Below are positions 1-11,648 of a DNA stretch of 64,000 nucleotides, one piece after another (the stretch's first letter is position 1; each line of letters begins with the position of its first letter). This stretch comes from Cyanophora paradoxa CCMP329 (taxonomy: Eukaryota; Plantae; Glaucophyta). The notes under the pieces were generated by a model, which saw only the letters and a program-made list of their open reading frames with translations, had not been told where the DNA came from and made no database searches. A program made the position numbers and the translations under genes. The stretch covers positions 73,875 through 137,874 of the forward strand of contig QPMI01000145.1 of assembly GCA_004431415.1 (NCBI GenBank), written 5' to 3'.

Positions 1-345
1 GGAGATTGTATCCATCGTATAGTTCAGCACGGCGAGCACGGAGATGGAGGGCTGCAAGGATCCAGTGGCCCGGGTGTGGATAGGGAAGAGTAATAGGTCA
101 TAGTCAAAGACATTAATTCCGCGCCCAGCGGTGCGACGGCGCAGGCGGGCGCTGCCCGCCGGCGTTATTGTCTGGGGAATAGCGGCGTAGAAAGTGTGCG
201 GGAAAAGTAAGACGCGTCGGCGAGGGTTAATTTCTCCGCTCGCAAGAAGGTTTAGTCGGGCAAGGTAGTAGTTGATGACGTCGGCGTTCACCCAGGACGA
301 GCCGTTCAGCGTGGCTAGGTCATGGAGCGATACGGAGGCACTGCC
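1..345 (-). CDS. Ulp1/SENP-like cysteine protease (peptidase C48) domain; runs off the window edge; 1-nt frameshift near the catalytic His
   Basis: Manual minus-strand translation: VSLHDLATLNGSSWVNADVINYYLARL...FPHTFY...RLRRRTAGRGINVFDYDLLLFPIH, then after one missing C in a C-run, PGHWILAALHLRARRAELYDG. This matches the C48 pattern DLxTL..WLND.IIN.Y / DIF..D.LL.PIH..HW / YD. It is absent from the ORF track. Confidence 0.8.
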
Positions 346-2099
346 AAACAGTGCAGCGGGGCCGCTGCGGGCTGCCGGGAGCTCTCGGACTGCGCTGTTG
401 GGTAGAGCGCGGGTAGGGGAGCGGCGTACTTGGGCCCAGGCGGCACGTAATGCAGGTGGGACGGCGGAGCCGGCCACCCTGCATTACTGGCATTAATATT
501 GGTGATGCTGTTAGCAGCTGCCGGCCTAGCTACAGGTCTAGGTCTCGGGCTCGAGCTCGGGGCGGCGGTAGGGGGCACCGGCGTTGCGGGTATCGCTGTT
601 GTAGGGGGGCCGTGGCCGGCCACGGTGCTGGGGAGCAGCGCGGGTTCGAGAGCGGCGCGACTGGCTGACTAATTGTAGGTCTGATGAGAGGGTGAGCTGG
701 CCGTTGGGTATCCGTCGACGCGGGGCCGGGGCCACCACGGTCGAGGGGCTCGTGGGCTCATCCCTAATCCTGGCTGGCATCGACCTCGCCGGTGAGGGCT
801 CAGCAGGGCGCGAGGGTCGAGGTGCATGAGTTTGGCGGCGAGTAATCCCGTGTCGGCGTTGCCAGGACTGGACTTCGCTATTGCGAGCCTTCCAGATTGC
901 TTGGGTGTAGTCTATGATGGTGGCCATAATTGCGTTGGCGCATTTAAGCGCCGCCGGTCTACGTACATCTAAGTAAATCAGGGCAGGGATGAGGCTACGA
1001 GGAAGGAGGAGCCTGACGGTGTGGCGGGGAGAATCGCAGGCAAGGTCGGCGAAGAGTTTGCTGCCGAGGCTTTGCCACTGATCGGGCAGGCCATAGAGTG
1101 GCTGCGTGAGGTGCGAAGGAAGGGGGCCCGGCCGTTGGCGCTGACGCTCTGACCATCCCCAGTTTGCATCGTCAGCCAGTGCAAAGGCCGGGAACAGTTG
1201 GCGCAGCAACAGTCCGTCCTGGCGCAGGGCCGGGGGCAGCTTGTAGGCTGGGTCGCCAGCTGCAGCCGCATCGACTGCAGTTTTTAGGCGTTGAGACGAT
1301 ATGGTTTCGTACAATAGGTTGAATATCTTAGTTTGGGCTTCGATACGGAGGGTGCGTGTTGCTGGGCAGAGACCAAAGGCGTGGTCGTGGGTTTCAGGCG
1401 TCCCGCTAACGATAGGGGGGGCCGCGGTGCCTGGCGTGCGTCTCGTGCGGCCGGTCGCCGTTGGGGCCGTTCCGGATCCCACCGTCTTCCTCGGGGTCGG
1501 ACGCAGGCGGCTGCCATGGCGGGGCTGGGGTGGGCCGGCCGTCTGGGCCTAGCACGGACGCGCAGCCTGCGCGAACACAGAGTCCATTTGGATTTATTGC
1601 ACTATAGAGATGGGGAGCGTCCCGGGCACGTTCACCCATGAGGGGTGCGAGTCCGGAGCTGAATTTCGTGATTTGAGCAAGCCTCGCATTCAGGGGTGCG
1701 ATGCATCGCGGGAGAGCCCTTTCTTGCGGTATTCGCGGGCGAGGCGCGCACGGTCGACCGGACTGCCCAAATGGCATTTTTCGGTTGCAAGGAGACGGGA
1801 GAAGTTCCGAAATTCGCACGTATTTTTTACGTGTGCTCGCGGGTCAGACTCAACTCTGTAAACTCTACGAGTGTCGTAGTTCTCGTTCCAGCAGCGCGGG
1901 GGCGAAAAGAGTAGGACCATGTCAAATCCGCCAGGGGAAAGACCGGCTCCCGGCGGGCGTGCCACGCGCGTTTTGATGCAACTGTTGCGGCCGGGACGGG
2001 TCTTCGGGGTCAGATTGCCAGGCTGCTTCCTCAGGGTCAGCCCAGGAAGAAAGTTCCCGGCCGTCGAGTGCCTGCCGGGAGAGGTCTGCGCTGGGTGCA

Positions 2100-3140
2100 G
2101 AGCCAGTGCCGCAGCGGCGAGGCGGTCGGCTCGTGCGTTGTCCCGATCAAATGCACGGTTTGGAACCCGTTCTTCTTCCACCAGCAGGGGCAGGCTTGGT
2201 AGTCCTGGTGTATGCTGACCTAGCGCAGCCCGGGCTTCGCGCCGCCTCTGTCGTTCTGCTCGCCTGGAGGCACGAGACGCTTGCTGCATTTGGTGGACGG
2301 CTCGGCGGGCGTTCCGACGGTGGATGTGGGCAGTGCCCGCGCGAAGGTGCTCGGAGATATAGTTGTAGGCGCCGGTTAGCGGGTTCGCGCGCCCTTCGTA
2401 TACTCCCGTGCCGGGGCCATATTGAGCTATCAGTTCCGCCTCCGTAGGTTCGGGAGCGACCGGGTCTCGGTCAGAGAGGTAGGATTCGTATGAGTCTGCG
2501 TCTGATTCCGAGTCGTGGTCGGCCACTTCAGCGGGGCGGCAGCCGGGCGCGGCGGCGCCGAGTTATATATTCTTTCTGGTGGGCTTTGACTTTGACAAGA
2601 CGTTCTTCGTATAGCATTCTGTCGGGTGCCACGGCCCTTGCTAGTGCAAGCCGGATGCACTGCACCTCAGCATACGCTTTAAGGTGATGGGAGTACGAGG
2701 CTCGAATGCAGCTGCGAAGGGTGGCGGTGGCGCGATGCGAGACGTACTTGGAATAGTCCGCCATTGCAGTGAAGCTGTCAGTTTTCACTGTGCAGCCTTC
2801 GGAGAGAGCAGCAGGGCGGACAGGACGGCGAGGAGCTCGCCTTTGTTATTGTTCACTGTGCCAGGACACGGGGCCACGAAAAAGTCGCTGCCGTCGGTCG
2901 GGATGGCGTCTGCAAGGCCGCGAAGTTTCGCCACCTGGTCAGTATCGACGCCGGTTGTGCCCAGCCGGTCAGCTAGTGCGTGAATTTGTTGACGGAGGGC
3001 TATCCCTCGCTGCGTGCGGGCAGCTTCGTCAGCTAGTGAGGCCGGGTTGCTCTCACGGGGCCAGACGCCAGCGTAGGCCGTGAGTGCAGCTTCTGAGGCG
3101 GCGTCCATGGTACTGGCATCCGTGGCTGCGAGTCGGCGCT
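2100..3140 (-). pseudogene. LINE RNase H domain with two large insertions
   Basis: AATDAS (~3120), NNNKGELLAVLSAL (~2845), KTDS (~2780), VKVKAH (~2585), DNARADRLA (~2135), spread over three frames. Confidence 0.75.
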
Positions 3141-3783
3141 CGCGGTCGAGCGGGAGGGAGGTGCGGCCGAGCTCCGCGGCAATCAGGTTCCAAAATGGGT
3201 CAGCATACTCTGACGATGGGATGCAGAAGTCGCTCAACTGTCGGCGTTGGGGGTAGGCCCGAGGCGCTGTCGGCGGGGGGACGGTCCCAGGGTCGCGAGC
3301 GGCGACTCCATCTGGCCGCTGGGGCGCCTCGTGATCATCTGGATCATAATTCCAGTCCTGTTCCCACGGGGGAGGAAATGAGTGTCGCGGAACTCGGGCC
3401 ACCACGTTATTTTATCTTCAAGGAAAATGCGAGCATGCTCGGCGACACGGCCTGACCGCGACTCGGGGACCAGGCTCTGAAGTCGGGCGGGTAGATGTAG
3501 GCTGTGTCTTCGGTCCAGCGGCACCGTTGGGAGGCCGGGTCTGAGTGGTCACATGCGCGGCGGAGAGCCTCTGCTTCCGGCGTTTTCGCTGTGAAGCGGC
3601 TGTCGCATTCTTTGGGATCCATTATGCAGCGGAAGAAGGAGACGGGTTCGCCGGTGGTGTCATATATGTGGTCCTCTCGGTCGTCCTGGCCTTTGTCTCG
3701 GCGGACCCAGTGTTCGAGCTCAACTAGGACGCGTTCTCTGCCGTCGTCAGCGTCAGTTGTCCGCCGGATATTGCAGATGCGTC

Positions 3784-6323
3784 CTAGATACGCTTCCGTT
3801 GTCCAAACGAAGCCGCCGACTTTGTACTGGGCGAGAGCAGGCCGGCTTCAAGAAGGGTACGTTGGGCTGCAGCCGGATTTTGCGCAGGCTGCAGGTGCAT
3901 GGGGAAGCGGAGACGACGGGGGATGGCGCGCGGGCCGACGGGCTGACATATTGCTCGGGTGAACGACGGGAACCAGGAGGGAGGTCTATTGAGTCGCTGT
4001 TTAATTTTCCCGCTGCCCCATAAGCTAATCCAGTCGAGCACACTGACGCCGTCGGGCCCCGTGACGTCAGCAGCTGTGAGGATATCGTGGCGCCAAAGGA
4101 ATGGTGCAGCCGCACGCAGGAGGCGCGGGGGGAGCAGTGTTGTGAGCACAAAGCGGCGTTCGAGCTGCGGGTGAGGCAGGGCCGGAACGAGATAGTCCTT
4201 GCCTGAGTCGAGTTTGTAGCCGGCGCGGGTCAGATTTCGCGCTACAGCTAGTGCAAAATTGTCTCTGTAGGCTGCGGGGCCCAGCTGTAAATTGGGGTAG
4301 CAGTATGGCGGAAGGGGAAGCCCCAGTTGCTCCTGCGCTGCGAAAATGCGGTGCATGATATACGGGAGAAGCAGGGGGTGGTTCGTGCGGATGGTTTCAT
4401 CGAGCACGTGAATGGCCAGCTGTTCGTCCTCCGTTCTCTTGAGGCCGTAGAAGCCTCGGCTCCACATGAGCGCGTTGGGCGTGGACCCCTAAGGCGGGCA
4501 TGATGTTTAGTGAGCGTCATCCAGAGAGTGTCGAGCTGGGCACATTGTCTCTCGGTAAAGGAAACAATCTTGCAGGCGTAAGTGATGCGAGGGAGAAGGA
4601 CGCTATTTACTATGTATATCGTCTCTTTGGCGGTGAGTTTCTTACGCCTTAGTATCGCGCAGGCTGCCCGAGCTGTTGAGTATACAGCCTCAAATTGCCG
4701 CCGCCAGTCCAGATTTGCTGTCATCCAGACCCCGAGCACCTTGAATGGTTTGTTCGGCGCAAGGACTTTGTCGGCCGGTTCTTTAGCATCGGGCGGGCCT
4801 AGTAGCGGGGCAGACGGGCGTGGGGAGACGTTGTTGTACGTAAATTCGGTTTTCTTCGCGTTGAGGGCAATATCATGTATCCAGAAGAATTCAGAGGCCA
4901 GGTCTGCGTGCAGCTGGATGCCCCGGGCTGTACCGCTAATAAGTACGGTGTCGTCTGCGTATGCTTGCCCCGGCGAGGTCACCCGAGGCAGGCGCGCTCG
5001 CAGGCGTCGGGTGGGCGCGGGCAGGTTAGCGTCAGACGCAGAGGGCGGCGGGCCCATGGAGTATTGGGTGCTCTCCGCAGCGCTGACTTCGCGTAAAGCC
5101 GATAGAAATACGTCATAGAAGATGAGCCAGTGAATTGGGGACTCGGTTCCTCCTTGCGGGAGCCCGCACTCCACATCGAAGGGGTCAGTTGGGCCGTACC
5201 CTGTCGCGACGGACGCTGTACGTGATGTTGATATTTGTCCGTAGAGGCTTATGTACCGTTCGGGAATTTTTAGGCGGCGGAGTGCCATTTCCATGCTAGA
5301 CCAGCTGACGCTGTCGTAGGCTCTGCGAATATCTAGCAGTAGCAGATAGATCGGTTTCGAGAATTGTTTTGCGTCCTCCAGTAGCGCGCGCAGCATGTAC
5401 AGAGGCTCGTCGGTGGACTTGCCTCGAGTAAAGGCGAAGTTCGCGCCCTGTAATATGTCGTGTTTGCGGAGAACGCGCGAGAGGCGGTCAGTGAGGACTG
5501 CCGTCACGAGTTTCAGCGTGCATTCTTGGAGTGTAATGGGGCGGACATTGTCAGGGTGCCCATCCCATTCCCCGCCCTTGGGGATAAGACATATATTTCC
5601 GTGAAGAAGGGGCGCAGGGACAGACGAGAGTTTTAGGATCAGATTTACCGTAGTGAGGATTACCTGGCGGCACGTCGGGAACAGGTTATCGGGTTCTTGG
5701 AGCGGCTCCGGGTCCAGGCCCGCCTTGCGTAGTTCTTCGCAAGTTTTCTTTGAAAGGACCGGTGCCGTCCACAGCATTTTTATCATTTCGTGGGAAAATC
5801 CCGAGGGCCCCGCCGCACCGTTTCGGAGAGAGCCGATGATTCGGTCCAGTTCGGCCTCGCTGGTGGGTTCCATTAGGTACACATAAATTGCATCATCAAT
5901 ATCCTGGCGCGGGGAGTGAAGTCGGCGCCATATTGAGGCCTCCTGTGCACATGTACTAAGTGGCAGCGCGCCCGGGTCCCTGTTCGCTGTGAGTGGGCTA
6001 CGCTGCCGTGTCCAGGCATGCATGTGATGGCGTGCGAACTGTTTCACTGCATCTTCATTGCCGTATACCTGATATTCTCCAGCGTGGCAGAGGGAGAAGG
6101 AGGTAATCGGCCTGCGTTCTGGGGCTTCAAGTGTTTGGCGGAGGTATTGGGCGAGGTCTGTCTTGAACATGCGCTGCGAGCGCTCTCGGTTTGCTCTGAT
6201 TGTCGTGGCTTCGAAACGTTTAATGTGGGCCTGGACTTTGGTGTCCAAGGCCGAGGCCCAAGTGGTGAAGCTTGGAAAATAGTCGAGCCAGCTTGGTTGT
6301 CGGGCAGAGAATGGCGGCGGCAC
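3784..6323 (-). pseudogene. LINE reverse transcriptase and thumb region (frameshifted)
   Basis: ORF 4248-6323 carries the non-LTR RT blocks, including QAYADDTVL; it continues in ORF 3784-4467 (MWSRGFYGL). Confidence 0.92.
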
Positions 6324-7770
6324 AGGGGTAGTGGGAGTTTAAGATAGCCTGACCGCTTGTCTATTGGGAGTTTGTCAAGCCGGCGGTTGTGATTTGAGAT
6401 TGCCCTGCGCAGGTCAGAGAGGGAGTGCCGTACGCGGCGCGGCGTGGAGTCGATCCCGTGGCGCGCCGCTTCCCATGCCTTGCGCAGTTCCTGGGCCCTC
6501 GTGAGCAGGTTGGATTCGGGGCGGCCGCGGCGGGAGAATTTTTGAGGGATTTTTGGGGGCGTAAAGATGCCAAATACTGGCGATTGGCCGAGGTCACAGA
6601 TGTGGGCGAGAGTGGATTTGAGGGCTTCGTGCAGGCGGGCTAGGCGGTCCTCTGGCGGGGTGCCGTCGTCGTCCTCCAGCGTTGCGAGTAGCTCTCGTAC
6701 GCTAGCTGAGGACCCCGGCACCGGCTGCTGTAGCTTTTCTTCCAGTAGTTCTTTGAAGCGAAGTTTTGTGAGCGATGCCTGTGTCGCGTACTTGAAACGC
6801 GGGGGGCCGGGCGAAGACGCTGGGGGCCCCAGTTTATATTTGATGGCCAGGGCCCGTTTACTGTACTCTGCAAGGAGTGGGAAATGGTCCGAGGGGAAAG
6901 GGGCGTTTCTAGGCGACGCTTGGGCCGCTCGAAGGGCGTTAGTCGCGACTTGGGATTGTAAGATGTAGTCGAGCCTGGTAGCATGGCGGAGCGTGCCATC
7001 TGGGGCGATGCCTCGAGGGTTGGGGTTGTCAGGAGCGTCAGGAAATATGAAGGTGATTTGGTCGTCGGTGCCCATGGCTGTGGCAGCGTCGGAGAGGGTC
7101 CAGTCGTGAAGCAGTTCATGCCACCAGCGGTGATCAGGTTCTCGTGTGGTCGCATATTGCCCCTGTCTGATTTTGCCCGTCTCGGGACAGAGGCAGCTGT
7201 TAAGATCGCCAAGGAGGAAAAAGTGCGCGCGGGGCGGAGCGCCCAGTCAGCGTACATGGTCGCGCGGAGATAGTCGAAGATTTTCGCACTTTCAGTAGAC
7301 CGCGCCGTCCGACTTTCGCCGGGGGGAGGTACACGCTGGCGATAAAGATCTGAACATTATTTGCAAATCGAAGCTCACAGCCGGCCACGCGGCCTGGCAT
7401 TGTGTAGGTCTTAAAACAGTGCTTGGCCATATTTTCTGAGAGAAAAAGGGCTACGCCGGAGCCGCGGGGGAGGCTCGATTTTGGCGGAGTTTCTTCTGCG
7501 AGAGGGCGGGGTGGGCGGGGCTCGAGCTGGGAGCTCCTGAGCACTAGTTGTGCGCGTGGCCGAGTCGGCGTGCACGGACGTGAGCATGAGCCCCGATGTC
7601 ACTGACCTGCGCATCGCTCTGACCGTAGCCTGGGTGCAGTTAAGTGATTGGACCCCTAATACGCTCAGCCCCCAGTCAAGCATATATTTCTGGATCTGGC
7701 CGACATGGTTGACGCTAGAGCAGGTGCGGGCGTTCCAGGTCGCGAGTCTCCAGTACTGGTCAGAGTCAAA
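6044..7770 (-). pseudogene. APE-type endonuclease and linker of the LINE (frameshifted over ORFs 7411-8073, 7200-7544, 6044-7075)
   Basis: YWRLATWNAR...LSVLGVQS, GSGVALFL, IFIASVYLPP, ITFIFP, ATRLDYIL and FPSDHFPLLA occur in successive frames. Confidence 0.85.
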
Positions 7771-9502
7771 GCGGCGGCGTATGATACCCGATTTTCGGTG
7801 AGTGCCCGCAGGTTTGGCTCCGAGGCGCTCGTGTGTAAACAGCTCGAGGGGAAATAGCGTGCGGAGCAGCGGCGCGGGACGGCCGGCACCAGCGGGGCCA
7901 GGCGTGTTATATGCGGTCATGGGACTCTGGGCGGGTGGAACATTTTCTTGTGCCCCTGGTGCAGGCCAGACTCCAGGCCTGGGTTCTTCGCGGCGGTGCG
8001 CGGGGGGCGGGCCGGATAGCGCTGTCGTTGGATGCCATGATGCCGGGCTCGCGCGTGATGCATGGGCCAGCATGGCCGGGTCAGCTTGGCCCGCCGCGGC
8101 GAGGGCCGAGCCCGCTGCCGCTGCCTGGCGGCGCCACCCCGCATTCGCATGTGAGCCTCTAGCGCTGTGGTCATGGCAGCTATCGGCCCGATTGACTGGT
8201 TGCTCCCGATTGGCGGGTGCACAATGAATGGCGACGACGACGTAGTGCCGGCGCTAGCGGCCGGTCCGGGAGGGCAGAAAAAATTCTTTTTCTGTTCATG
8301 CATATGTCTTGGGGCCGGGGACTCGGACGGTTCGCCGGAGCCAGTGATCGAGCTCGCGGTAGGCGTCGCGGAGATTCGAATTCGGGTCGGGATCCAGCTG
8401 CAGCGCCGGCCGCGGCGTGCACCGCCGTGCAGTCTACAGTGCAGACCGTACACGTGCGGGCCACTGACAGTGAGGCTACGTATGCTATGCTGGCGGTAGC
8501 GCCGGCGGCGCACATACACAGTGTCATACTGGTACTAGTAATTGTAGTGGCGGTGGCGCTAGCTGTTGTGATTGCCTTGGCGTACCCATCTTTGGCAGCC
8601 CTAGCTCTAGATCGGGATCTGGGGCCTGCTAGGTCGTGATCGGGGGGGCTGTTACTACTCAAGTTAAAGGTGGCGCCGGCGCCGGTGCGCGTGCCGGCGC
8701 CAGCTGTTTCGGTATCATATGCATTAGTGCTAGTGCAAGGCATTATAACTACTCGGAGCCGCGTATACGTATACGTACGTGCCGACGGCGCCGTCAGGTC
8801 GAGGCCGGCATCGGCACCGGTACCGGCGTCGGCGTCGGTCCTCTGGCATCTTTGATCATGACAGGCTAGCCGGCGCCGGCGCCGTAGTACTAGTAGCTTC
8901 TGAGGTACAGGTCTGTAGCGGGGGCCGGCTTCGGCACCGGCCTCGGGCTCCTGGCTTCGCTTAGGGACTAGCTGTCGTGTTACGTATACAGCAGGATCCG
9001 CGGCCTGCTGGGGCCGAGTCCGGGAGGCAGCGGTCGGTGTCGTAAGAACAGGCTGGCGCTTCAGGCCGGTGGTGCAGTCATGATTAGACTGTTCTCCTAG
9101 CGTGGCTGTCGAGCGTGCGCGAGCCCGGGCTAGCCGGATCCGCACAGTTGATGGGTACGTTTTCCACCCACGTACCCCTCTGGGCCTCGCGTGCAAGTCG
9201 TGATCGGGTCTAGATCTACAGGGCCAGGTGCGCGTCCGGCGCGTATGAGTACGGGTGTTCTCCTTTGGGTCCCCACTGGTACCACCGCTCTGCACCTGTT
9301 TAGCTCTAGCTCGAGATCTGGATGTTGTGACTTCGGCGTCGAGGTGTCCGTACATGACGGGACTAGAGCTAGCGCTATTACTGGTTCTGACGGGACTAGA
9401 GCTAGCGCTATTACTGGTTCAGGATCTAGGCCGGAGGGGCTTGGCTGCCTTACTCTTAGCTTGCTGTGGCTCGCGGCGGTTGGCGCTGGAGTTGCAGCTA
9501 GC

Positions 9503-10980
9503 TCAGTACTGCCAGGGCAGCCGCTGCTGTCCAGGGCCGCCGCCACCCCGGCCGGCGCCAGCCCCAAAGCCGCGGCCACCACGTGCTCCTCGTCCACCCC
9601 TGCCGCCGGCGCCACGGCCTGGGAGTCCGCGCCCACCGCGGGGGGGGCCCATCCCGCCCCGGGCTCTCCCAGCAAAGCCGCCCCGGGGGAGGTCGCCCCA
9701 GATGATGTCCACCCCACGGCCACCGCGGCCATTGGCTGCGCCCGCCCCGCCGCGGGCATCCCAGATGCCGGCTCCGCCGCGGGCTCCATGGGCTCCGCCA
9801 GCCCCGCCGCGGCCTCCAGCGCCGCCTGCACCGCCCCAGTCGCCTCCGGGCCCTCCAAGTCCGCCACGGCCGCCCGCAGCCCCGCCGGGGCCCCCGCCAC
9901 GCGCTCCGCGGTAGGCAGCGTCCACATACAGTCCACCGCGCCCCTCCGCCCGACCCCCAGGTGCTTGCCCTCCTGCAGCTGCCGGCTCGTCCCGGTTCCG
10001 CCGGTCGAGGGGCTGGCAGTTGTGTCCCCCCCCGAGCTCGCCACGGTAGTTGAGCAGGGGCTGGTTGATGTTGTTGATGCTGGTGAGGAAGTGTGCCGCG
10101 CACATGAGGGCTTCGGACTGGGGAGGGGATGACCACGTGCTGCCGGTAAGGATAATTATGTGAGATGGGGGGGGGCCTCGGGCGGAGGGGAGGTGGGGGG
10201 TACCACATCGTGGGTGACCTCGAGAATGATGACCTGTCTCCCCCGCGCGTCGTGGAGGTCGAGGGCTCCGGAGAGGGTTGGGTGCGCCGTGAAGCCCATG
10301 CGCTCGCGCCTCGCCGCCCACTGTTCGTCATCTAGATCCAGCACACGGAGCTGGCGGCCACCACCGGTGGAGTAACGCTCGGCGTCAACCATCGAGGCTT
10401 GGACACCCACCTCGATCTGCGGGAGGGAGGGGTAAGCGCAAGTAGGGGGGGCTTTGCATGGGTAGGGGCGGACAGAGGTGGGGTACGGTCGGGTTGTCAT
10501 GTACAGGACGCCGGCGGCCCGCAGGTCCATGATGAACTGCCGGTCCGGCACAAGCTGTGTGATGTCCAGCTGGCATTCGTCGCCGGGGAAGGGGACATGC
10601 TCCTGGTTGGCGTCGGCGTGCCCACAGCCGGCGTGGGCCCCGGCAAAGATGAGGACTCCGTTGAGGACATGCTTGCGGTCGTTGTTCCAGCAGAAGTCCG
10701 GGTCCGGGTCTTGGAAGCGGGGGAGGGTGATGAGGGCTGAGTTGTTGTCTGCGGCCAGGAGGTAGCCAACGTTTGCCTGCCAAGGGAGGGAGGGGAGAGT
10801 CAGAAGGGGGGTAAGGTGGTAAGAGCAGGTGGCAGGTCGGACCAGGAAGTTCTGCGCGGCCTGTGCGTGCGACGCCGGGATCAGGTAGCGGGCTGTCGGG
10901 CCGTTCGGGCACTTGACCGCCAGCTCGTTGTAGGCCACGACGACATCGTTGGCCTCGTACGCGTCGGGGTTGATGCCAGA
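9503..10980 (-). CDS. Unknown intronless ORF with Gly/Arg (RGG)-rich C-terminus; possible LINE ORF1; 5'-truncated by the YR element
   Basis: ORFs 10156-11055 and 9503-10321 join through a frameshift in the G-run at ~10167-10175. The tail reads RGGFAGRARGGMGPPRGGRG. It lies upstream of LINE ORF2 on the same strand. No family recognised. Confidence 0.4.
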
Positions 10981-11012
10981 CGTGAAGCGTCCTCCGCGCG
11001 ACTCCGACGCTC

Positions 11013-11607
11013 CGCGCGACTCCGACGCTTCGTGAAGCGTCCCTCCATCGGCCATAGCCGATCCTCGCTCACGGCCGTATGCCGACGGAGCGGAGCCTCC
11101 AATGGTCGACCACGGAGCCAGCCGACGTGTCCGGGTAACTCAGCCCCTGTTTCTAGCGGTCTAGCGGGTCCAGCCTGCGCGTTTCCGAGCGCGCGGGCCC
11201 GGCCCGCCAGGGCCCCGGGGTTCCCCAAGGCGGAATGGGCGAAGGGGGTCACACCTTCGCTAGCGATGAGAAGTCGATCGAGGTCTCCGTTGCCTGCCAT
11301 CGCGACCGTACGCGTGCCTGACACTGCTGCTGCTGGCAATGAGATCGGCAACACGCCCGGCAAATCGGGCAGTCGACGGGTACCCAACGACTGAGCCGGT
11401 GGCCCGGGTACAGCGAGCCCGTATCGCAGATGCGGGTACCGCCGCGCCCTGGCTCGCAGATCTGGGTACGCCGTGCGTCCGATCGCGATCCGATGATCGC
11501 GATCGCAAGCAGCAGGCGCGCGGCTCGTGCAAGCTGCTTTCGCGTTCGGCTCGGCCTTCGCTAGAAGAAAGCAGATTACTCGTACGCTTTGCTAGAGTAA
11601 TCTTCCC
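11013..11607 (-). mobile_element. 5' fragment of the YR retrotransposon (repeat A plus gag start)
   Basis: Near-identical to 19530-20124; ends in a short duplicated stretch at 10981-11030. Confidence 0.9.
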
Positions 11608-11648
11608 CGAAACTCCGGTGCGAAGCGGGCCTTAGGTTCCCGGATCCG
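11608..11648. repeat. 41-bp junction between tandem YR elements; variant of the 52-bp minisatellite unit (identical copy at 20125-20165)
   Basis: cgaaactccggtgcgaagcgggccttaggttcccggatccg versus the array unit cgaaactgcgtgtgcgaagcgggtcttaagttcccggatccg. Confidence 0.9.

Larger units (their letters stand above)
1..8100 (-). mobile_element. Non-LTR retrotransposon (LINE) ORF2: APE endonuclease, RT, RNase H, CCHC knuckle, then Ulp1; many frameshifts
   Basis: APE motifs LATWNAR, LGVQS, IASVYLP, TRLDYIL, PSDHFPL. RT motifs AAGPSG, LIPKGG, RPITL, LLDIRRAYDSV, GLPQGG, AYADD, VLGVW. RNase H motifs TDAS, NNKGELLAV, TDS, VKAH, NARADRLA. Knuckle C-x4-C...ETHDHAFGLC, then IWKARN. Intronless and lower GC than host genes. 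The 5' boundary is approximate. Confidence 0.9.

Noticed and set aside
538-1482. Restriction-like endonuclease (Dualen-type dual endonuclease LINE)
   Set aside because: No RHN/PD..E.K motifs after the knuckle; it ends with IWKARN as in APE-type LINEs
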